Shown here: one piece after another, positions 44,768-49,012 of the stretch
Position numbering within the stretch: position 1 is the first letter of the stretch
How the letters are laid out: each line of letters begins with the position of its first letter
DNA from: a virus
Reading direction: 5' to 3' (one strand)
Length of the DNA: 49,012 bases
IMG/VR virus record: IMGVR_UViG_3300005832_000020
Span: 1 to 49,012 of that record
Translations under genes and position numbers: made by a program
The notes under the pieces: model-generated
Told to the model about the DNA's origin: nothing
The model's database searches: none
Seen by the model: the letters and a program-made list of their open reading frames with translations, nothing else

Positions 44768-46646
44768 CAAATAAATCCTCCCAAAGCGAACTTGTTATCT
44801 TTCTTGTTTCATATTTTTCTTCCAGTTGCTGAGCAGCAATAGCTGTCTGTAAGCACCACTCGGCGTTGGTCTTTGGAATACCTTCGATGGTAGGGAACTG
44901 AGGATGTTCTACTACTCTTTCCCTCAGTGAACTTGTATCTTCTTCTACCTTCTCGTCAAAAGGAACCACCTGGTTAATCTGCAGCGCAATTCCAAGGCAC
45001 AGTACTTCGTCGTCGTTGCAACCAGATTTGGCTCCGGGCTTACCGTTTTGGTTGAGAACAAAGGTAGTCATCTCTTTTACACAACGAGGATCAGTCCATC
45101 CAGCACCCTCTATGAGCCATTGTTTAAGTCCGCTGACCAGTTTTCTCCTCGAATCAGTCCCCGTCCACCAGCCTTTGCGGTAGGAAATACTTTCTTTAGT
45201 GGTATCATACCGAGGCATCATGAAAGGATTGGGAACTTGGTAGATCTCTGCACACAAATCAAAAGTGGCAAGGCCAGGGCCGTTGGTTTCTATTGCGTAC
45301 CAAGGGTCGCCGTAGAATTCGCAGACCATCTTAACCATTTTGGCGAGTTGAATCTCGTCCAGGTTGGTATGAACTGTAGCCACAACGTCTTCGTTTGTTC
45401 GTTCGAGGACTTTGATTATGCCAAAATCTCCCCATTCCAACCCTTCAGCAACGTCAACAGCTACAACATAAGACCGTTTGGGGTCAGGCGGAGTGTAAAC
45501 CAAAAACAAATTAGCTGTAGGGTCGAGTAACCCGTGGTCAATTTGGCTTTCCCGGAGTTCGACGAGCTTGAGTTTGTCCAAATCAAACTCGTAATAAGCC
45601 CTGGGCATTCTCTTACTCTTGAGAAGCGTAGACATTCGTTGAGCTGCACGGCCTTCAAAGACCGGAGAACCGGCTCCTATGTAATCAATGTCTAGTTCCT
45701 GGGCTATCTCCGAGGGAGACCTTCTTCTGCACTCACGATCGTACCAAGGGGATCTTATCAACCTTTCTTCATCCCCATCCCAGTTTTCTGGTAACGGCCA
45801 CCTACAATAACCGCCTTTGATCTTAAGTGGGTGCAACGTCCAATGTAATCTTGTTTTTGTTTTACTAGGATCAGTGATCAGATCATAATACTGCCCACCT
45901 GCCCCAAACGGTGTTGAAAGGGGAATGCGGCATGGAGTAGCATCGCCAGCCGCTGTCCAGGCACTCTTATCAGTTGATTCCCATTTGGCAAACTCGTCAA
46001 ACATAACTGCAGCATAACGACCGCCGGTACTAAAATTAGCGTTGTTTGATTCGCCAGTAATGGATGCGCCAGTAGCTGGGTTCTGCAAACGCATAAAATT
46101 GTCGTGCTGTTTGCTGTTAAAACCTTCTGGCCAAAGCCAGCGCGGTAACTTGTAGAATGCGTATCGAGCTTTTGGTAACAAAGCCCGCATATCCCCTTTT
46201 TTGTCCACGTAGTCTTCAATTCTACTACCGAGAAGGAAATCCGTACCTCCAATTGGATTGAGCCAAAACCACAAAAAGGTTAGTATGATCATCCAAGAGA
46301 CACCCATGTCTCTACTCTTTTCTATCGGAAAATCAGTACCGCTGTTTATAGCTTCTACAAGAGCGAGAAGCATCTTATCTTGATAGGGATAGGTGCAAAA
46401 AGGCTGGTTGTGTCGGGGTCTCTTGCGAACGTCGAGAGTATAAAAGAAAGCGTTGAAAGCGAAGATAATATCCCGGTAAAAAAGTTCTTTTACCTTTTTC
46501 CTAAAAACCAAATCAACCGCCGCTCGTTGGAGGATGTTACGTCTCCACTTGAGATTGGTTCGGTAATCTTTTGGAAACTGGGTATTATTTATGAAAGGCT
46601 CGCCACTCAAGCTCTTTACCCCCATGAAAACCTGTTTTTCCTTCAA
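44754..46646 (-). CDS. terL: Terminase large subunit
   Basis: Walker-A-like IEKSRDMGVSW and Walker-B AAVMFDEFAKWE, with a C-terminal nuclease-sized domain. The start is ambiguous between TTG 46646 and ATG 46625. Confidence 0.7.
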   Translation of the reverse strand: MKEKQVFMGVKSLSGEPFINNTQFPKDYRTNLKWRRNILQRAAVDLVFRKKVKELFYRDIIFAFNAFFYTLDVRKRPRHNQPFCTYPYQDKMLLALVEAINSGTDFPIEKSRDMGVSWMIILTFLWFWLNPIGGTDFLLGSRIEDYVDKKGDMRALLPKARYAFYKLPRWLWPEGFNSKQHDNFMRLQNPATGASITGESNNANFSTGGRYAAVMFDEFAKWESTDKSAWTAAGDATPCRIPLSTPFGAGGQYYDLITDPSKTKTRLHWTLHPLKIKGGYCRWPLPENWDGDEERLIRSPWYDRECRRRSPSEIAQELDIDYIGAGSPVFEGRAAQRMSTLLKSKRMPRAYYEFDLDKLKLVELRESQIDHGLLDPTANLFLVYTPPDPKRSYVVAVDVAEGLEWGDFGIIKVLERTNEDVVATVHTNLDEIQLAKMVKMVCEFYGDPWYAIETNGPGLATFDLCAEIYQVPNPFMMPRYDTTKESISYRKGWWTGTDSRRKLVSGLKQWLIEGAGWTDPRCVKEMTTFVLNQNGKPGAKSGCNDDEVLCLGIALQINQVVPFDEKVEEDTSSLRERVVEHPQFPTIEGIPKTNAEWCLQTAIAAQQLEEKYETRKITSSLWEDLFDEAF

Positions 46647-47685
46647 ATTGAGCCCACGAAAAGGTTTCTTCAGTTCCCACCCAATTATGTATCATTGAAT
46701 CTATTCCTCTTCGATAGGCTTCTTCAAGAGCATTACTGAGATCTTCTGTTTCTTTCATACCAAAAGTTCCTGCTCTGTAACCAGCAGTATTCAAATAAGG
46801 AGGATCTGCATAAATAAAGTCGCCTTTTTCTGCTCCTTTTATTGTTTCTTCCCAAGGTCGTACTGCAATATCAGCTTTATGAGTCTTTAAGACTTCAGAA
46901 TGTTCGTAAATTCTATCAACTAAACCTTTTGGGGTTATGTATTTCCCTTGTGGCGAACCATAGCGAGGAGCAAAACCAGGTTCTGTAGCTAAAGTATAAG
47001 AACCAACAAAAATATCCGCAGCTGCTTGTTTAGCAGGATTATCAGAATAATATCCTTGCTTGTTTTTCTTTGCCACGTCTATTGTATGTTTCCAAAATTC
47101 CTCTGTTGTTGGATAAGAATAACCCTTTGTCAATTTCTCGAGGTGCTTAACAACCGCATCTGGATTATCCATAACTTGCTTGTGAATGTTAACAGTCCGA
47201 GGATTTACATCCCCCAAAACCATCTTTTCAAATTTCTTGGTTTTACCAACACTCCGAGCAACCTTACCAGTTCCTAAAAACGGTTCGTAATAGGTTTTTC
47301 CTTTAGGAATAGTTTTTGCTACTTTTTTAGCTAACTGCCCTTTCTGCCCCATTAGTCGAAATAGATTAGCTGGGCCTGTTCCGCCTCCTGGGGCTCCGCC
47401 TACAAGGAGCCTAGTACTTAAATCAAGCAAATCTTGTTCTGTTAGTTTCTCTGGATTAACCAAACCTTTCTTTGCAGTTGCTATAAGTGTGCCAGGTCTG
47501 TCGAGCAACCACAATTTTAACAACCGGGCAACTCCAGTAGCTGTGCTTTCACCTTCTTGTAATCTTAAATCCCTCTCTGGATTCTCTATTCCTTTGAGTA
47601 ATTCTCGATAAACATCCTGAAGATCCTTACCAACGATCCCAGTTTTTACTTGTGGTACATTAGCTCTGATCTGGGACATATCCAT
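46585..47685 (-). CDS. Dam-like (D12/alpha-class) N6-adenine DNA methyltransferase with an N-terminal extension of about 130 aa
   Basis: Motif I GQKGQLAKKVAKTIPKGKTYYEPFLGTGKVA precedes motif IV FIYADPPYLN. The ORF overlaps both terminase-subunit genes. Confidence 0.65.
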   Translation of the reverse strand: MDMSQIRANVPQVKTGIVGKDLQDVYRELLKGIENPERDLRLQEGESTATGVARLLKLWLLDRPGTLIATAKKGLVNPEKLTEQDLLDLSTRLLVGGAPGGGTGPANLFRLMGQKGQLAKKVAKTIPKGKTYYEPFLGTGKVARSVGKTKKFEKMVLGDVNPRTVNIHKQVMDNPDAVVKHLEKLTKGYSYPTTEEFWKHTIDVAKKNKQGYYSDNPAKQAAADIFVGSYTLATEPGFAPRYGSPQGKYITPKGLVDRIYEHSEVLKTHKADIAVRPWEETIKGAEKGDFIYADPPYLNTAGYRAGTFGMKETEDLSNALEEAYRRGIDSMIHNWVGTEETFSWAQFEGKTGFHGGKELEWRAFHK

Positions 47686-48193
47686 CTTCGTCTTCGATCA
47701 TGTTGAGTACTTCCAAACTCAACTCTTCATCGGTCATTTTGTTAACATTGATCTTGCCGATGTTGTATTGATTGTTAGTAACTTCCCTGACCGGATTGTT
47801 TTTTGGAATAGCGCGGTCGAGAACCTCAAACGCAGCCGCCTGTCTAATCTTCCTTTCCCTCGGGTCGGTTGGGGACAGATCAAGATCTTCGTCAATCACT
47901 TCGAGGGCCCTTTGAGCCATGTTTAAAATATCTTGCCTCAACTCCGTTGCGGCCATTTCCGCCCCTCGTTCGAGGGAAGCCAAGTATTCGAGGAACGCAG
48001 GGGAACCAGTAATGTTGCTAATCTGAGTTGGAGTCATATTGAAAAGAATGGAAAGGTCAGTAGGCCGCGTTCCGGAAACAACAGCCCTTGCCATAGCTCT
48101 GTGCCACGGACGGAGTTCAATCAACCGTCCTTCGATTGCTCCGTGCGGTTGGTAGATGTTTTGATATGTAAGTCCTTTATTCAACTTGCCCAT
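47660..48193 (-). CDS. Putative terminase small subunit / HTH DNA-binding protein (177 aa)
   Basis: It lies upstream of TerL in the same operon. It has an HTH-like TRPTDLSILFNMTPTQISNITG and an acidic C-terminus. Confidence 0.4.
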   Translation of the reverse strand: MGKLNKGLTYQNIYQPHGAIEGRLIELRPWHRAMARAVVSGTRPTDLSILFNMTPTQISNITGSPAFLEYLASLERGAEMAATELRQDILNMAQRALEVIDEDLDLSPTDPRERKIRQAAAFEVLDRAIPKNNPVREVTNNQYNIGKINVNKMTDEELSLEVLNMIEDEDGYVPDQS

Positions 48194-48217
48194 TTTGTGT
48201 TCTTCTTTCTAAGAAAT

Positions 48218-48286
48218 CCCCACCCCACAATCAGCCTTTTGAGGCTCCCGATCAAAAGGTTCACGTCTGACTTGGGGCGGGGGGTG
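48218..48286 (-). other. Compound stem-loop of about 69 nt (GC-rich outer stem, middle stem, 8-bp inner hairpin) in the late-operon leader
   Basis: In the - sense, CCCCGCCCCA pairs with UGGGGUGGGG (one G-U), AGUCAG pairs with CUGAUU, and CCUUUUGA pairs with UCAAAAGG. Confidence 0.45.
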
Positions 48287-48340
48287 GAGTGATTAGAAGC
48301 GGTGCGCACCGAGTTCTCCTTCCTCTCTTGGGACTCCTAA

Positions 48341-48493
48341 TCACGATTTCTTCTTTCTCTTCTTCTTCATATGTTTAAACATTTCAACTTCTTTGAGCCG
48401 CTTATCCGCTTCCTTTTCCGTCTTATACGGTCCTCCGAGCTTTCTTCCTTTTTCCGAAGTTACCACGTATCCCTTAGAAGTTTTCTTTTTCAC
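48341..48493 (-). CDS. Small lysine-rich protein (50 aa; VKKKTSKGYVVTSEKGRKLGGPYKTEKEADKRLKEVEMFKHMKKKRKKKS), below the ORF-track cutoff
   Basis: GTG 48493 is preceded by gaaaggaaaattt, and the frame is open to TGA 48343-48341. It would be the first gene of the late arm. The sequence looks protein-like. Confidence 0.4.
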   Translation of the reverse strand: MKKKTSKGYVVTSEKGRKLGGPYKTEKEADKRLKEVEMFKHMKKKRKKKS

Positions 48494-48796
48494 CCAAATT
48501 TTCCTTTCTCGAAATAAAGACGTACCTGCACTTAACCGCCACCATTATACCACGTTCACGATTAAAAGTCAACCTACGATCCCCCCACGCCACCCCATTC
48601 ACGATGATCCATTCCCACTTTCTTAAAAATACCTCCTACCGAGAATTCCCTAAAATCGAAAAAGTCGTATGGGTAATTTTTGAGTTTTCCCCCCGGTCCC
48701 GGAATTCTCAAATCCCCCCAGGGCCTCTTCGGTGAATACGATTCAGAATTTGAATCCCTCTCTCACCTCTGAACCATACCCCAGGTTTTGCTCTTT

Positions 48797-48831
48797 CCCT
48801 CAACCGTTTCACGCCATGTATCGGTTGAGGT
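48797..48831 (+). repeat. 35-bp quasi-palindrome family, copy 7 (ccctcaaccgtttcacgccatgtatcggttgaggt)
   Basis: It lies in the terminal noncoding region, 62 nt before the terminal repeat. Confidence 0.75.
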
Positions 48832-48842
48832 TCGTTCGTTCG

Positions 48843-48877
48843 TTCTCAACCGCTTCACGGGATGAACCTATTGAGAA
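48843..48877 (+). repeat. 35-bp quasi-palindrome family, copy 8 (ttctcaaccgcttcacgggatgaacctattgagaa)
   Basis: It lies 11 nt after copy 7 and 15 nt before the terminal repeat. Confidence 0.7.
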
Positions 48878-48892
48878 AAGTGAATACGATTT

Positions 48893-49012
48893 GAGGATTG
48901 TTTCAGCCAACAATCAATTCGGCGCCGTTAAAATTGCATAGTTGGCCCGGGGAAGTCGCCCAAAAAGTTACAAATTTGCTAATATGTGGGTGAATTCTAT
49001 AGAAAAAAAAAA
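48893..49012. repeat. Right copy of the 120-bp direct terminal repeat
   Basis: Identical to 1-120. Confidence 0.95.

Noticed and set aside
1943-48877. Whether the nine 35-bp palindromes could be a CRISPR array or MITE copies
   Set aside because: The copies are dispersed over the whole genome with irregular spacing of several kb (only copies 7 and 8 lie close together, 11 nt apart), so they do not form an array. They have no flanking target-site duplications or longer conserved bodies, and no cas or transposase genes are present.
48393-48941. ORFs 48393-48626 (+) and 48732-48941 (+) near the right end
   Set aside because: They have no RBS and alternative start codons. They run through repeats, palindromes and the terminal repeat. 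The first is antisense to the better-looking 50-aa ORF at 48341-48493.

Overview
The window looks like a complete or near-complete dsDNA tailed-phage (Caudoviricetes) genome of about 48.9 kb. Bases 1-120 recur exactly at 48893-49012, which is either a 120-bp direct terminal repeat or a circular-assembly overlap.

Two convergent gene arms meet near 15.7 kb.

- The + arm (744-15693) is an early/replication module. It holds many small ORFs with strong AAGGAG-type RBSs, a Cas4-like PD-(D/E)XK nuclease, an AAA_24/Sak4-like ATPase and a ParB-domain::N6/N4 DNA methyltransferase fusion. It also holds a UDG-like::3'-5' exonuclease::family-A DNA polymerase fusion, a DUF3987-like P-loop protein and a permuted NlpC/P60-like peptidase.
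- The - arm (48493 down to 15779) is the late module. In transcription order it encodes a small basic protein, a TerS-like protein, a Dam-like methyltransferase and TerL. These are followed by a 12-kb run of six consecutive ORFs that each begin with a Sec-type signal peptide, including two parallel beta-helix proteins and a 1747-aa fibre-like giant. Two small membrane proteins, portal, scaffold, an HK97-like major capsid protein, tail/nozzle-like proteins and internal-virion-like proteins complete the arm.

I recognised no integrase, repressor, phage RNA polymerase, tRNA, rRNA, CRISPR array or reverse transcriptase.

About 1.4 kb of noncoding DNA spans the terminus (48494-49012 plus 1-743) and is dense in direct repeats. 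A 35-bp quasi-palindrome recurs nine times, always in intergenic DNA. A 27-bp composite inverted repeat brackets the first two early ORFs.

The most unusual feature is the signal-peptide 'secretome' block sitting between the terminase and portal genes. All functional calls come from motifs read by eye; no database search was possible.
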